A DNA stretch of 64,000 bases from an uncultured Nitrososphaerota archaeon (GCA_963799845.1 CAWCYI010000004.1:1952001-2016000), one strand, 5' to 3'; shown: positions 9,263 to 19,767, counted from the stretch's first letter. Translations and numbers: made by a program. Notes: a model not told the origin generated them from the sequence alone.

Positions 9263-10378
9263 CTAATGACTTGCATAGAAATTTGCTACAGCTCTGAAAG
9301 ATTCTTTTGGTTCCCAAGGCATGTCGGGATAAGTTACACCATGCCTTCCTTTGGAATACGTCTTGACCAGACTCATGCTAGCCATGTCAAGATCATACCT
9401 TGGATTCTCATCATAGGGATGAATCTGGGAAACGAAGACAGAGACGAAAGCACCATAAATACCCGCCTTGTCGAGAACACTCAATTGATCTTCAAGTTCA
9501 CGCGTCTGCAATCCCTCGTCTCTGATGTGATTTCCATCTTTCAATTTGGGTCGAATGAACATACCGAACAAGGGCAACAGATAATGGAGAGCTTGGGACT
9601 TGTTGTCTATGATATTTCCGCCCAGACCAGCTCCATTGATTTCGGCTCCTTGGTAAGTTGGCATTCCAAACTCCGTAACTACAACTGGCTTTCCGATCTC
9701 AAATGCCGGCTTTAGCATATCTGCGTATTGATCTTTGATCCTTTCAGCACGATAATGGTCTACGCCGACATAATCGAAGAGATTCCAATCCACAGATTCC
9801 CACAAAAGAGAAGCGTAGGTTATTTTTCCATGAAAAACTTCTTTCACTGAAGCGACAGTTTTTTGGAGGTATGCGCGAAGTATTTTGTTGTGCTCGCCAT
9901 TTCGGATACGTGAAATTGCTTCAACAGAGTTCGTTTGCCCTGTAGAATTTTCCTGCTGCTTGTATTTTGTCATTAGTTTCGTCATTCTTTCCACTACGTT
10001 TTTGCCCTCAACAATGCCATTCATGAAAAGCGTGAGTTCGCCTCCAACGACTAACACAAGGCTTTCTGGATATTCTCGCCGTAATTTTTCGGCTGATTCA
10101 GCGACCCTTTGGGTGTATGCCTGTGTTTGATCTTGTTTCTTATTCCACATCGTTGGACAAAGCCATACTTCAAGACCTTTCTTTAGAGCAATTTCAGTGG
10201 CAACAACGAGCCTTTTGATATCGAGACCAGTGATTCTTATCGCGTTGCAATGCAGATCATTTTTGATTATCTCGATTTCACGGCTTACAGTCTTGGGATC
10301 AAAGTCAGGTCGCCAGTTGAAATACATCACGCTTCCTGCGTCGTAGTTGACTCCCTTTAGTTTCATCTTTCCCACCAT
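9263..10378 (-). CDS. TIM-barrel glycoside-hydrolase-like protein (family often labelled 'abortive infection protein')
   Basis: GVNYD, DLHCNAIRITG, GLEVW, ELTLF, VGVDHY, PVVVTEFG, WEPKESF. Confidence 0.6.
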   Translation of the reverse strand: MVGKMKLKGVNYDAGSVMYFNWRPDFDPKTVSREIEIIKNDLHCNAIRITGLDIKRLVVATEIALKKGLEVWLCPTMWNKKQDQTQAYTQRVAESAEKLRREYPESLVLVVGGELTLFMNGIVEGKNVVERMTKLMTKYKQQENSTGQTNSVEAISRIRNGEHNKILRAYLQKTVASVKEVFHGKITYASLLWESVDWNLFDYVGVDHYRAERIKDQYADMLKPAFEIGKPVVVTEFGMPTYQGAEINGAGLGGNIIDNKSQALHYLLPLFGMFIRPKLKDGNHIRDEGLQTRELEDQLSVLDKAGIYGAFVSVFVSQIHPYDENPRYDLDMASMSLVKTYSKGRHGVTYPDMPWEPKESFRAVANFYASH

Positions 10379-10422
10379 TCTATCTTCTGTCAGGCTTCAA
10401 CATCCGGAATATGATATCCGGA

Positions 10423-10989
10423 TCAGGATAGCTCTCGCTTCAGCTTCCCTGGATCGGAGTACGCCATTCTTTTCCATAGTCCTTCAATGCAAGCCATGAC
10501 TGCTTCTAGCAATTGATCTGGATTATCCTTTGCAATCTCTCCAGTTTTCTGCCCCTCGACTATCAGCCGCCGCATTTCGTTTAGAAAGATCTTACCATGC
10601 CTTGTCATCCTTTCTTTAAGCTCAGCAGGTAGCGAATCATCAGCTAGTATCTGATAGAGAAATTGGTAGTATCCTGACTGTTCTCTTCTTCGTTCTATTA
10701 GTCTAGTTACAATAGTGTGGAGTTTCTCTACCGGAGTTCCAGGTAGCTTTTTCATCATCTTATCATATTCTTCTGCAGATTGTAGTGAATGTTTCAGCAG
10801 GGTTTTGAAAATCTCATCCTTGCTTTCGAAGTATCTGTAGGCAAGCCCTTGGCTGATTCCAGCTTCTGATGCAATGTCCGCCATGGTAGCCGAACTACCT
10901 TTTCGCCCGAATACCTTCTCGGCGGATTTCAGAATATTCTCGGGTTGATCTATTCCCAATCGTTCAATTGATGTTTGAGGCCTAGTCAT
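10423..10989 (-). CDS. TetR/AcrR family regulator
   Basis: ATMADIASEAGISQGLAYRYFESKDEI HTH. Confidence 0.92.
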   Translation of the reverse strand: MTRPQTSIERLGIDQPENILKSAEKVFGRKGSSATMADIASEAGISQGLAYRYFESKDEIFKTLLKHSLQSAEEYDKMMKKLPGTPVEKLHTIVTRLIERRREQSGYYQFLYQILADDSLPAELKERMTRHGKIFLNEMRRLIVEGQKTGEIAKDNPDQLLEAVMACIEGLWKRMAYSDPGKLKRELS

Positions 10990-11064
10990 TGGTTAGTCAT
11001 ATACATAAATGAATTATTCATTTATCATATAAAGATTGATTCGAGTCGAGCCCAGAAATTCAAA

Positions 11065-11216
11065 TTTTACTAGTAAATTCGTGCGCGAATCCGTTACCTA
11101 ACCGAGCTATCATCTTGAAGAGTTACAATAGGGCTTGGATTTTTACTAGTAAATTGGTGCGGGGGTCCCACATTCCGCGCTTGGAATTATCTGTCGGTTG
11201 GTTTTTACTAGTAAAT
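11065..11216 (+). repeat. Palindromic repeat copy R4 (three TTTTACTAGTAAA cores)
   Basis: Colinear with R2, including the spacer ACCGAGCTATCATCTTGAA and GTGCGGGGGTCCCACA. Confidence 0.9.
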
Positions 11217-11310
11217 CGTATCTCCTGATGGATCAGGGCTGCTTACAAAGGACCGTTTCTTAACAGATCTCGAGCATAGAAGAAACAAGTTCCAAATTTC
11301 GATTAGGCCT

Positions 11311-11895
11311 TTACCCCGCTTCCGGCTGCCATTGGCTCAGCGGTGTGAGTTTTATCTGAATCGATAGGTTGTACGCAACCGAAACCTCGCTGGCGTTTTG
11401 GACGAGCACTCGTCCGATGAGAGCCACCTTGCTATCCGGCGAAGTTATCTGCGTCACTCCATTTGGAACCGTTCCCTGCCAGCCGGGTCCGCTTATGAGG
11501 AAGTTGCCGGCCTGACCCCCAGTGGTGCGAGTACCAACGTAGGCAAAGTCATCGCCCCGCGAATCGACGAGCAGTATGTCATAGTATCTCCCGCCCATAT
11601 TAGGTACGCTCAGAATCTCTGGCCCCGTGCTGAGGTCGAGGACACCTGCAGTATAGAGTGTGGGTCCTTCACCCCTCACATATTGGTTTGAATTTGTGGA
11701 ATTGGGGCCGAAAAGGTCAGGCTGCGTGGAGAGAGTGTTGACAGGGAAGGGTCCCGCTCCGATGCCTTTCTGCATTACCCCCTGCTCCCATCCGTTATAG
11801 ATCAAAAGTGGAATTTCGTAGATGTAGATGAAGGTGCCTATTCCAAAGGTCAGGAGCAATACCACTGAGAAGACGAAGAGATTCTTGTGCTTCAT
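11311..11895 (-). CDS. DUF1254 domain membrane-anchored protein (start moved to MKHKNLF)
   Basis: TLYTAGVLDLSTGPEILSVP.MGGRYY, YVGTRTTG, GPGWQG; N-terminal TM. Confidence 0.8.
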   Translation of the reverse strand: MKHKNLFVFSVVLLLTFGIGTFIYIYEIPLLIYNGWEQGVMQKGIGAGPFPVNTLSTQPDLFGPNSTNSNQYVRGEGPTLYTAGVLDLSTGPEILSVPNMGGRYYDILLVDSRGDDFAYVGTRTTGGQAGNFLISGPGWQGTVPNGVTQITSPDSKVALIGRVLVQNASEVSVAYNLSIQIKLTPLSQWQPEAG

Positions 11896-11897
11896 GT

Positions 11898-12488
11898 TCA
11901 GCTCACCTCGACAACGGGCGGCGGCTTGTAGGAACCGTTCAGAATCGCCGGGCCGGGCAGGTAGACACGGAGAAATAGCAAGAAATCGCCGGTCGGCGCC
12001 GGCAGCCAATTCGATTCGTTGCCCGCCGGGGAAGTGTTCTGGATGTATATGTCGACGGATCCGTTGGCATTCGGTACGAGGCCAGAAGTACCGCTGACAT
12101 CATAGCGGTTGATGGAATTGTTCACGAGGGTTATATTGACGTGGTACATGGTAACAGCCCAAAAGGCGCTGTTAGGCGGCAGCTCTCCAGGCGGGAACTG
12201 TAGAATGTAGTCGTGCTGGCCGGTCAGCCTGTGACCTGAGCCATCGAAATATGCCTCCCAGTACACAGCTTCTTGAGGCACGTTGGCGCCTGGGAGAGCA
12301 GCGGCGCACACTGCCTGTTCAAGGATGTTGATCCCAACCTTCCCGCATTCCGTATAGGTGAACCAGCCATTGGATTTTGTCTGCATGGCAGAAGATTCCA
12401 ATGTGACGAGAGTACCACCGATTAAGAGTGCGAGCACCGCACCCACCGCGATTCCGGCCACACCCGATAAGATTGTTTTTCCTCGCAT
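11898..12488 (-). CDS. DUF1214 domain membrane-anchored protein
   Basis: EAVY...DGSG..LTG..Y.L.F..G.LPP..AFW.VTMY, NWLPAP.G.F.L.LRVY.P. Confidence 0.85.
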   Translation of the reverse strand: MRGKTILSGVAGIAVGAVLALLIGGTLVTLESSAMQTKSNGWFTYTECGKVGINILEQAVCAAALPGANVPQEAVYWEAYFDGSGHRLTGQHDYILQFPPGELPPNSAFWAVTMYHVNITLVNNSINRYDVSGTSGLVPNANGSVDIYIQNTSPAGNESNWLPAPTGDFLLFLRVYLPGPAILNGSYKPPPVVEVS

Positions 12489-12672
12489 GATTTGCGATCA
12501 TATTCTCCTATTAGCAAGACGTGTTTTCCTCTCATCTACATATAACAGGGGACATAATTCTCAAAAATGAGAACGGCATTTCCGGGGCACCCACTAAAGT
12601 AATGATTGTTCTTCCGCGCAATGAAATCGATCACATTCGGGATTGATAAGAAATCATCTGAGTTTCGTTCTG

Positions 12673-12807
12673 TTAAGATTCATCGGATTTTTTCGGTAGA
12701 TTTATCAATTTTCGGCCTGTCAGGGTGCGTACTGCGACTACTACGACTATTACAATTACAGTAAGTACAACGATTAAGATGATTCTACTTTGGGGAATCG
12801 TCGTCAA
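12673..12807 (-). CDS. 44-aa single-TM microprotein (not in ORF track)
   Basis: TTG start preceded by AGGAGAATG; IILIVVLTVIVIVVVVAV. Confidence 0.4.
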   Translation of the reverse strand: MTTIPQSRIILIVVLTVIVIVVVVAVRTLTGRKLINLPKKSDES

Positions 12808-13066
12808 CTCACATTCTCCTATCTAACAGAACATATATTGATCAAAAATTGTATTCTAAAAAGAAGTTCTAAACGTACAAATTCTGTACCTTTGTGGACA
12901 ACGTAGAATCCAATAAATTCGTGCCAATTATGCCCTAATTTTACTTCTAAGGCGAGAATCAATCGAATTTACCCGACTCTTTGTCGACTAGCTTTTAATC
13001 AAAAACTGGAAAAGAGCCTGCGGTGGAAGCCGCATAGAGTCTGAGAAAAAGGCCGAGCGTCGTCGT

Positions 13067-14863
13067 GTGGAGCGCTTTCTCAATCGCAGTTATCTTGGAA
13101 AATGGGCCTTCATCGGTACGCTTATCGGACTCGTAGCGGGTTTTGGTGCTACAGTATTTTACTTTGCGATCCAAATAGTCTCCAACACGATGTTAGGCGG
13201 GATAACGGGGTTTTATCCTCCCAATCCCGTGGGAGAAGCGCCGGCTCCTATTTCAGTAAACCCGCATTTCTTGCTTATTCCAATTTCAACGGCTATCGGT
13301 GGATTGATCGCAGGGCTGCTAGTTTTTGGTTTGGCGCCCGAAGCGGAAGGGCATGGAACCGATGCTGCAATTGATGCATATCACAATAAGGGCGGTATCA
13401 TTCGGCGACGTGTTCCGATCATAAAGACGATTGCGTCAGCGTTCACAATAGGCAGTGGGGGAAGTGCGGGAAGGGAGGGCCCTACCGCGCAGATTGCTGC
13501 TGGCTTTGGTTCGATGATCGGAGAGATTTTTGGATTATCTGCTAAGGACAGGAGGATCGCTCTAGCTGCGGGAATTGGGGCAGGCATCGGATCGATTTTC
13601 AAATCTCCGTTTGGCGGAGCGATACTGAGTGCGGAAATTCTGTACAGCGGCGGCGACATCGAGGCAGAAACTTTGATTCCAGCTTTCATCGCAACCCCGA
13701 TAGGTTACGTCATTTTTGGGTCATTCACCGGATTCACTCCGATATTCGGGACTGGAATTACATACAATTTTACTCATCCTTTCAACCTGATTTTCTACGC
13801 GATACTCGGTGTACTTTGCGCAGGAGTGGGAAGGTTCTACACTTTGACCTTCTACACCGTCAAAAATTTTTTTGATGTGTCGAAGATTCCGAAGTACGTA
13901 AGACCGATGATCGGTGCAGCAATTTGCGGAATAATTGGAATTTTCTTTCCAGAGGTAATCGGGTTGGGTTACGGATTTTTGCAATTTGCTATTGACGGGA
14001 ACTTTAGTTCGATTACAACCAACTACGTTGCATTACCAGTCATCCTCGTTTTGCTGCTCGTCGTATTCTTGAAAATTTTTGCTACTTCTTTCACGGTGGG
14101 TTCTGGAGGAAGTGGAGGAGTGTTCGCTCCCTCTCTCGCAATTGGGGGATTCCTAGGCGCAGCTATGTGGATGGTTGTTCAGAATTTCTTTCCGAATCTT
14201 ATTCCAATCCCAGCTCCTCTTGTCATCGTCGGAATGATGGCTCTCTTTGCAGGAGTAGGCCGAGTTCCCATCGCCGTAATTCTAATGGTCAGCGAAATGA
14301 CAGGTAACCTATCGCTGCTGGCTCCTTCGATGATTGCAGTTGTGACCTCATACTATTTGACTGGCTCAAAATACACCATTTATCACAGCCAGGTCGAGAC
14401 GAGGGCGGACTCACCCGCACACATGGGAGAGTACAATGTTCCGCTGATGACTAGGATATTTGTTTCCGAGGCTATGAACAAGGATGTACAGAGTCTGAAC
14501 GAAGATGATTCTGTTCAAAGAGCTAATCAGCTGATTCTTGAAAAAGGCTTCAAGGGAATTCCTATAGTATCCAAAGAAGGGAAAGTTACGGGCATGGTCA
14601 CGCTGAAAGATGTGGAACGCATCCCAAGAGAAAAATCTGCTTCAACAAAACTTGCAGAAATAATGACTCAAAACGTCATATCGGTCGGACAGAACGAAAC
14701 ACTCCTTGATGCTATGAGGAAAATGACGATAAATGAAGTGGGTCAGCTTCCCGTTGTCGACAAATCGACTGGAGCACTTTTAGGAATAATAAGCCGGACC
14801 GATCTTTTGCGAGCTTACGATAAAAGAATCTCCGTCGATGATGAATCGACTGCTCGTAAATGA
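13067..14863 (+). CDS. ClC chloride channel or H+/Cl- antiporter with CBS pair
   Basis: GSAGREGP, GGVFAP, many TMs, two C-terminal CBS domains. Confidence 0.93.
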   Translation: MERFLNRSYLGKWAFIGTLIGLVAGFGATVFYFAIQIVSNTMLGGITGFYPPNPVGEAPAPISVNPHFLLIPISTAIGGLIAGLLVFGLAPEAEGHGTDAAIDAYHNKGGIIRRRVPIIKTIASAFTIGSGGSAGREGPTAQIAAGFGSMIGEIFGLSAKDRRIALAAGIGAGIGSIFKSPFGGAILSAEILYSGGDIEAETLIPAFIATPIGYVIFGSFTGFTPIFGTGITYNFTHPFNLIFYAILGVLCAGVGRFYTLTFYTVKNFFDVSKIPKYVRPMIGAAICGIIGIFFPEVIGLGYGFLQFAIDGNFSSITTNYVALPVILVLLLVVFLKIFATSFTVGSGGSGGVFAPSLAIGGFLGAAMWMVVQNFFPNLIPIPAPLVIVGMMALFAGVGRVPIAVILMVSEMTGNLSLLAPSMIAVVTSYYLTGSKYTIYHSQVETRADSPAHMGEYNVPLMTRIFVSEAMNKDVQSLNEDDSVQRANQLILEKGFKGIPIVSKEGKVTGMVTLKDVERIPREKSASTKLAEIMTQNVISVGQNETLLDAMRKMTINEVGQLPVVDKSTGALLGIISRTDLLRAYDKRISVDDESTARK

Positions 14864-14979
14864 GATTAAAATGGCAACATGCTGGAGGGCTGATGTCAAC
14901 TTGCGAACCTTATGATTCCGTCCGAGCTCGGGGATACGGTTTTGAATAATAGAAACTAGCAGGTCGTACAGAAGCCAAC

Positions 14980-17487
14980 TTGGGTAGTATCACTCCTTCC
15001 GAGGGGAAGGATCTTCCTGTCGCAGAACTGCTCAAGAGACTTGCAACGACCGAAAAGGGGCTCTCCTCTTCAGAAGCAGTCAAAAGGCTCCAGCAATATG
15101 GAGCGAACGAGATAGTTGAAAAGAAGCGCTCCGCGATACTCATTTTCCTACGCTATTTTTGGGGACCCATTCCCTGGATGATAGAAGCGGCAGCGATCAT
15201 CTCGGCATTCTTGCAGAACTGGGACGACCTAGTTATCATCACCGCGCTCTTGGTGGTAAATGTCATTGTTAGGACGTGGCAGGAGAACAAGGCCAGCAAT
15301 GCAATCGAGCTGCTGAAACAGAGGCTTGCCCTTAGGGCGAAAGTACTGCGGGATGGAAAGTGGGCTGATCTTCCTGCAAAAGAGCTCGTTCCCGGAGATA
15401 TAGTACGTCTACGCCTCGGGAATATTGTTCCCGCAGACACAAAGCTTGTTGACGGTACATATCTTCAGATCGACGAATCAGCTTTAACCGGAGAATCTCT
15501 GCCCGTGGAGAAGCATCCGGGCGATGTTGCCTTCTCATCCTCTATTGTTCGACAGGGTGAGATGAACGCTCTTGTGGTTACGACGGGGATGAACACCTAC
15601 TTTGGACGGACCACCAAGCTGGTTGAGGAAGCTCAAACAAAAAGCCATTTCCAAGGAGCGGTGGTGAAGATCGGTGACTATCTTATCGCGCTTGCCGCAG
15701 TCATGGTAACGATAACGTCAATCGTCGGTCTCATCCGTCAGCAGGGACCTCTCGAAATCCTTCAGTTCGGACTCGTCCTGATCATTGCAGCAATCCCGGC
15801 GGCGATGCCGGCCGTCCTCTCTGTTTGCATGACGGTGGGAGCATCGGCATTAGCGAAGAAAGATGCCATAGTCAGCAAGCTGGTTGCCATAGACGAGATG
15901 GCGGGCGTGGATATTCTATGCGCGGACAAGACAGGCACTATCACGAAGAACGCGCTTACTGTAAGCGAAACGAAGACCTTCAAAAAATATACGGAAAACG
16001 ATATCCTGCTTTTTGCAACCCTTGCCTCAAGGGAGGAAGACAACGATCCTATCGACGACACGATCATAATGAAAGCCAAGAGATTGAACGAGATGCCCGC
16101 GTCGATAGCAAGTTACAAAGTTTCGTCCTTCAAGCCGTTCGACCCCGTGTCAAAACGAACGGAGGCCACGGTGGAAGGCAAAGACGGCAATGTCTTTCAG
16201 ATTACAAAGGGAGCACCCCAAGTGGTTTTGTCTCTCGTCCATGACAAAGACATCGAGGGAGTCGTGAACGAGGATGTCAACAGCTTCGCCGAGAAGGGAT
16301 ATCGCGCCCTAGGTGTGGCAAGAACCGACGGCGAGAAGAACTGGCAATTTGTCGGGCTTATAGCGCTCTCCGATCCCCCGCGGGAAGATTCGGCCGCCAC
16401 GATAAAGACTGCACAATCGATGGGAATAGATGTGAAAATGGTCACAGGCGACCACATGGCCATAGCCAAGGAAGTCTCACAGCAAGTGGGGCTGGGAACA
16501 AATATTGTCACATCGTCGTCTATCCTAGACAAATCAGACAGTGAAGCAGAATCAGTGGTAGAGAAAGCCGATGGTTTCGCGGAGGTTTTTCCAGAGCACA
16601 AGTATCGCATCGTCGACCTTCTGCAGAAGAAAGGGCACATCGTCTGCATGACCGGGGACGGCGTCAACGATGCTCCCGCCCTAAAGAAGGCTGATTGCGG
16701 GATAGCAGTGGCCGGGGCTACTGACGCTGCAAAGTCTGCCGCTGCCGTAGTCTTGACGAAGCCCGGTCTCTCCGTGATCATCGATGCCGTGACGGGGAGT
16801 CGGGAGATATTCCAGCGAATGACTAACTATACGATCTATCGCATTAACGAAACATTCCGGGTACTATTCTTCATTTCACTTTCAATCATCGTGTTCAAGC
16901 TCTACCCGGTCACTGCGTTGATGATTGTTCTACTTGCTCTCCTCAACGACATGCCTATCATGACGATAGCCTATGACAATGTCAAGATCTCCCAAAAGCC
17001 AGAGAAGTGGAACATGCGTACATTGTTGGGAATCTCATCATTTCTGGGAATTATCGGGACAGCATCGTCCTTCGGAATGCTCATTATCGGGCTTGAAGTT
17101 CTGCACTTGAATCCGCTGGTTCTCCAGTCGTTCATATATCTCAAGCTGTCCGTGGCGGGGCACCTTGCGCTGTTTGTGGCTCGGACAAAGGGACCATTTT
17201 GGTCTGTGAAACCTTCAAGATCGTTGCTCCTCGCTGTCATATTGACTCAGCTGACGGCGACACTGATCACAGTTTATGGCATTCTTTTGCCCGCCATGGG
17301 GTGGGAGCTATCAGCAATTGTCTGGGGATACGCATTGGCATTCTTTTTTGTTCAAGATTTCCTCAAGGTTCGATTCTACAAGTTACTTAATCACGAAGGA
17401 GGATTCTTTCAAATGAAGAAAATTGAATTACAATTGAGTTCTCAGCTTATGGGAATTCATTTCTTTCTGAGGAATTTCTTCAGATGA
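14980..17487 (+). CDS. Plasma-membrane proton-efflux P-type ATPase (type IIIA)
   Basis: TGES, IPAAMP, DKTGT, PFDPVSKRT, MTGDGVNDAPALKKA, ALLND. Confidence 0.93.
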   Translation: MGSITPSEGKDLPVAELLKRLATTEKGLSSSEAVKRLQQYGANEIVEKKRSAILIFLRYFWGPIPWMIEAAAIISAFLQNWDDLVIITALLVVNVIVRTWQENKASNAIELLKQRLALRAKVLRDGKWADLPAKELVPGDIVRLRLGNIVPADTKLVDGTYLQIDESALTGESLPVEKHPGDVAFSSSIVRQGEMNALVVTTGMNTYFGRTTKLVEEAQTKSHFQGAVVKIGDYLIALAAVMVTITSIVGLIRQQGPLEILQFGLVLIIAAIPAAMPAVLSVCMTVGASALAKKDAIVSKLVAIDEMAGVDILCADKTGTITKNALTVSETKTFKKYTENDILLFATLASREEDNDPIDDTIIMKAKRLNEMPASIASYKVSSFKPFDPVSKRTEATVEGKDGNVFQITKGAPQVVLSLVHDKDIEGVVNEDVNSFAEKGYRALGVARTDGEKNWQFVGLIALSDPPREDSAATIKTAQSMGIDVKMVTGDHMAIAKEVSQQVGLGTNIVTSSSILDKSDSEAESVVEKADGFAEVFPEHKYRIVDLLQKKGHIVCMTGDGVNDAPALKKADCGIAVAGATDAAKSAAAVVLTKPGLSVIIDAVTGSREIFQRMTNYTIYRINETFRVLFFISLSIIVFKLYPVTALMIVLLALLNDMPIMTIAYDNVKISQKPEKWNMRTLLGISSFLGIIGTASSFGMLIIGLEVLHLNPLVLQSFIYLKLSVAGHLALFVARTKGPFWSVKPSRSLLLAVILTQLTATLITVYGILLPAMGWELSAIVWGYALAFFFVQDFLKVRFYKLLNHEGGFFQMKKIELQLSSQLMGIHFFLRNFFR

Positions 17488-17606
17488 CCAAGCACCCTCC
17501 AACTAGAGAATCCTTCGCTCGGGACCGACTATCCCAACTATAACCTGTGACCAGAGAGCTGAAGTGTCAGCACCTCGAAGAAGCGACTCAAAGAGGCTCC
17601 GGGATG

Positions 17607-17855
17607 TTAGCAGTCAGTCGACCATCCCCACTTATCTGTTTGAACGCTGAGAAAATTGGTAGTTGCGTGAACTTCCCCAAAACCGAATACTTGGCACGAT
17701 AATGAGACTGTCGCATTTACACCAACTAATCCGAAATAATTCACATTAGTTACCTGAACGATAGGAACAAGAAAAAAGAATCCAAGAAGTAAAATAAAAA
17801 CTCCAGCAATCGCAATATTTCTTGCGGCATGAGATTTTGGCTTTGGGGTGTCCAT
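17607..17855 (-). CDS. Small membrane-anchored protein
   Basis: TM followed by FFLVPIV...SLSCQVFGFG; resembles the ORFs at about 62.1 and 62.6 kb. Confidence 0.55.
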   Translation of the reverse strand: MDTPKPKSHAARNIAIAGVFILLLGFFFLVPIVQVTNVNYFGLVGVNATVSLSCQVFGFGEVHATTNFLSVQTDKWGWSTDC

Positions 17856-17986
17856 TACTCCCAGCTTAGATTTACACTATGAACAGTCCTTTCGCAATAA
17901 AGAATTTTCCATCCCTGATCGCCAGAAAATTGAATGTCACAGCAGGCTGTATATTCATAACCGATTTTAGATACCTGCCATAACAG

Positions 17987-18154
17987 TTGAACTCGGACGT
18001 TAGAAATGGTCTAGTGCTTATTCTGCTATCGGTCGTCATTTACATCTTAGACCGTGAGTATTTTGCATTTCTCAGTGCCGTATTATTTTTGGTTGGAATA
18101 ATGTTCATGATCGGCGGTTTTTGGCAAAACTCTGGAAAAAAGCGAACTTCCTGA
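17987..18154 (+). CDS. 55-aa two-TM microprotein (not in ORF track)
   Basis: TTG start with AT-rich TATA-like element about 30 bp upstream; two hydrophobic segments and a basic tail. Confidence 0.45.
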   Translation: MNSDVRNGLVLILLSVVIYILDREYFAFLSAVLFLVGIMFMIGGFWQNSGKKRTS

Positions 18155-18312
18155 CTGTTCCTGTCAGTCTATTAATTATTTTTAAGACGCTCAGTTGTCG
18201 CTTTCGAAGGTTAATGATTCGGAGGCTTAAGAGAGGAATATTCCGTTATCATTCTTGATAATTGTATTCGTACCTTAAGTAACAACATACGCCTTCGTCA
18301 CGATGAACAGAA

Positions 18313-18837
18313 TTGATGGTCGATTCTACCGAAAAAGCAGGAACAAAACGTGCAATAGTAATCTTCACTAGCAGATATGGTAACACGGAAAAGGTCGCGA
18401 GATCCTTTGAAAGGGGACTCGAAGAAGCAGGTATTGAAACCGTTTGTGTCAATGCAATCGACGCGCCAGTCGATTCGCTAACAGAGTTCGATCTGATTTG
18501 TTTAGGTGCTCCGACGGAGTGGCACTCGGCTTCAAAACCAATGAAAGCTTTTCTTGAAAATCTCAAGAACGTTGATCTTAATGGAAAGTTTGGCTTCGCC
18601 TTCGATACGAGATTTGAGGCCCCTCTCTCCGGAAGTGCAGCGAAGGGGATTGAAAAGGAACTTGACCGTTGCGGTCTGGAGATGATCGCTCCCCGCGAAT
18701 CAGCCCTTATCCTCGGCAGACAGAAGGGCGAAAAGGGGAATGTGAAACTAAAGGATGGAGAAGATGAACGATTTGAGCAGATCGGCCATCAGGTTGGAAC
18801 CATGCTTGCGGCAAAGGAAAAGACGATCCCGGCATGA
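18313..18837 (+). CDS. Flavodoxin family protein
   Basis: FTSRYGNTEKVA, LGAPT, FAFDTR. Confidence 0.88.
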   Translation: MMVDSTEKAGTKRAIVIFTSRYGNTEKVARSFERGLEEAGIETVCVNAIDAPVDSLTEFDLICLGAPTEWHSASKPMKAFLENLKNVDLNGKFGFAFDTRFEAPLSGSAAKGIEKELDRCGLEMIAPRESALILGRQKGEKGNVKLKDGEDERFEQIGHQVGTMLAAKEKTIPA

Positions 18838-19637
18838 TTAAAGAACAGGTCACGAGTACCGAAGCTGCAGACTCAGCTTGGGGAGAGCTTTACGAAATCG
18901 GCGGATATGCCGCCCTAATGGCTCTCGCGGTCGTATTGATCGAGGGTCTCATAGTCGTTATCATCCAAGATGTCTGGTTGCATTCGGGGCAGTTCGGCGC
19001 GAGTTTCGGTGACCAACCCAGCACAGTAATTGGGTGGTTCGAGCTGTTTCAGAGTAATCGACTCATCGGACTCCTCGACGATGCTATCCTGGACATTGCC
19101 GTTGTCGCCCTACTGGGCCCGGTGTTTCTTGCCCTCTTTGCCGCGCTGAGGCGAACCAATCAATCTTGGATGGTAGTCGCAACACCCCTTGCGTTCGCAG
19201 GCATAGCAGCTTACGTAGCAACTAATACGAGCCTCTCTTTACTTTACGTCAGCGACCAATATGCAGCTGCAACAACGGAGGCACAGAAGTCTCTCCTGCT
19301 TGCAGCTGGTCAGGCGACAATTGCTGTGGGCGGGGGCGGCCTGTTTTGGAGTACAGGATTCATTTTAGTGGCGGTTGCGGGACTGATCGTCGCAGCAGTC
19401 ATGCGCAGAGGCAAGCTCTTCGGCATAGCAACCGCTTGGGTGGGAATCCTCGCAAATGGATTATTTCTAGTCAATTACATCGCCTCCGTCTTTGTGTCAG
19501 CTACATCCAATGTGTCAACAATCCTCGTCGGTTGTGCCACGATTTTGATGTTCGTCTGGTGGATCCTGATTGCGAGAAAGTTATTCCAGCTTGGGCGAAA
19601 CGCCCCGATGGTAACCGAAACAGATCCAAGAATTTAG
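18834..19637 (+). CDS. DUF4386-like multi-pass membrane protein
   Basis: About 6 TMs; WFELFQSN..IGL, LS.QYAAATTEAQ. Confidence 0.6.
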   Translation: MIKEQVTSTEAADSAWGELYEIGGYAALMALAVVLIEGLIVVIIQDVWLHSGQFGASFGDQPSTVIGWFELFQSNRLIGLLDDAILDIAVVALLGPVFLALFAALRRTNQSWMVVATPLAFAGIAAYVATNTSLSLLYVSDQYAAATTEAQKSLLLAAGQATIAVGGGGLFWSTGFILVAVAGLIVAAVMRRGKLFGIATAWVGILANGLFLVNYIASVFVSATSNVSTILVGCATILMFVWWILIARKLFQLGRNAPMVTETDPRI

Positions 19638-19721
19638 AACGTGCGCCAGTCCCTATCAGGGGGATTTCCGCTTCCTAACCGACATGGAACGTGAAGTCCA
19701 TTTCTTGTTTCACTTGTATTA

Positions 19722-19767
19722 TGCTAGTAAATTCGTGCGGGGTCTCCATCTCGCACTCGGGATTTAC
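19722..19767 (+). repeat. Palindromic repeat copy R5 (motif B)
   Basis: TGCTAGTAAATTCGTGCGGGGTCTCCATCTCGCACTCGGGATTTAC. Confidence 0.85.

Noticed and set aside
12914-12950. Further copy of the palindromic repeat (TAAATTCGTGC...TTTTACTTCTAA)
   Set aside because: Too degenerate to distinguish from chance
14963-14970. GTCGTACA upstream of the H+-ATPase as a member of the late-promoter motif set
   Set aside because: Only 17 bp from the start codon, outside the element, and about one chance hit per strand is expected in 64 kb
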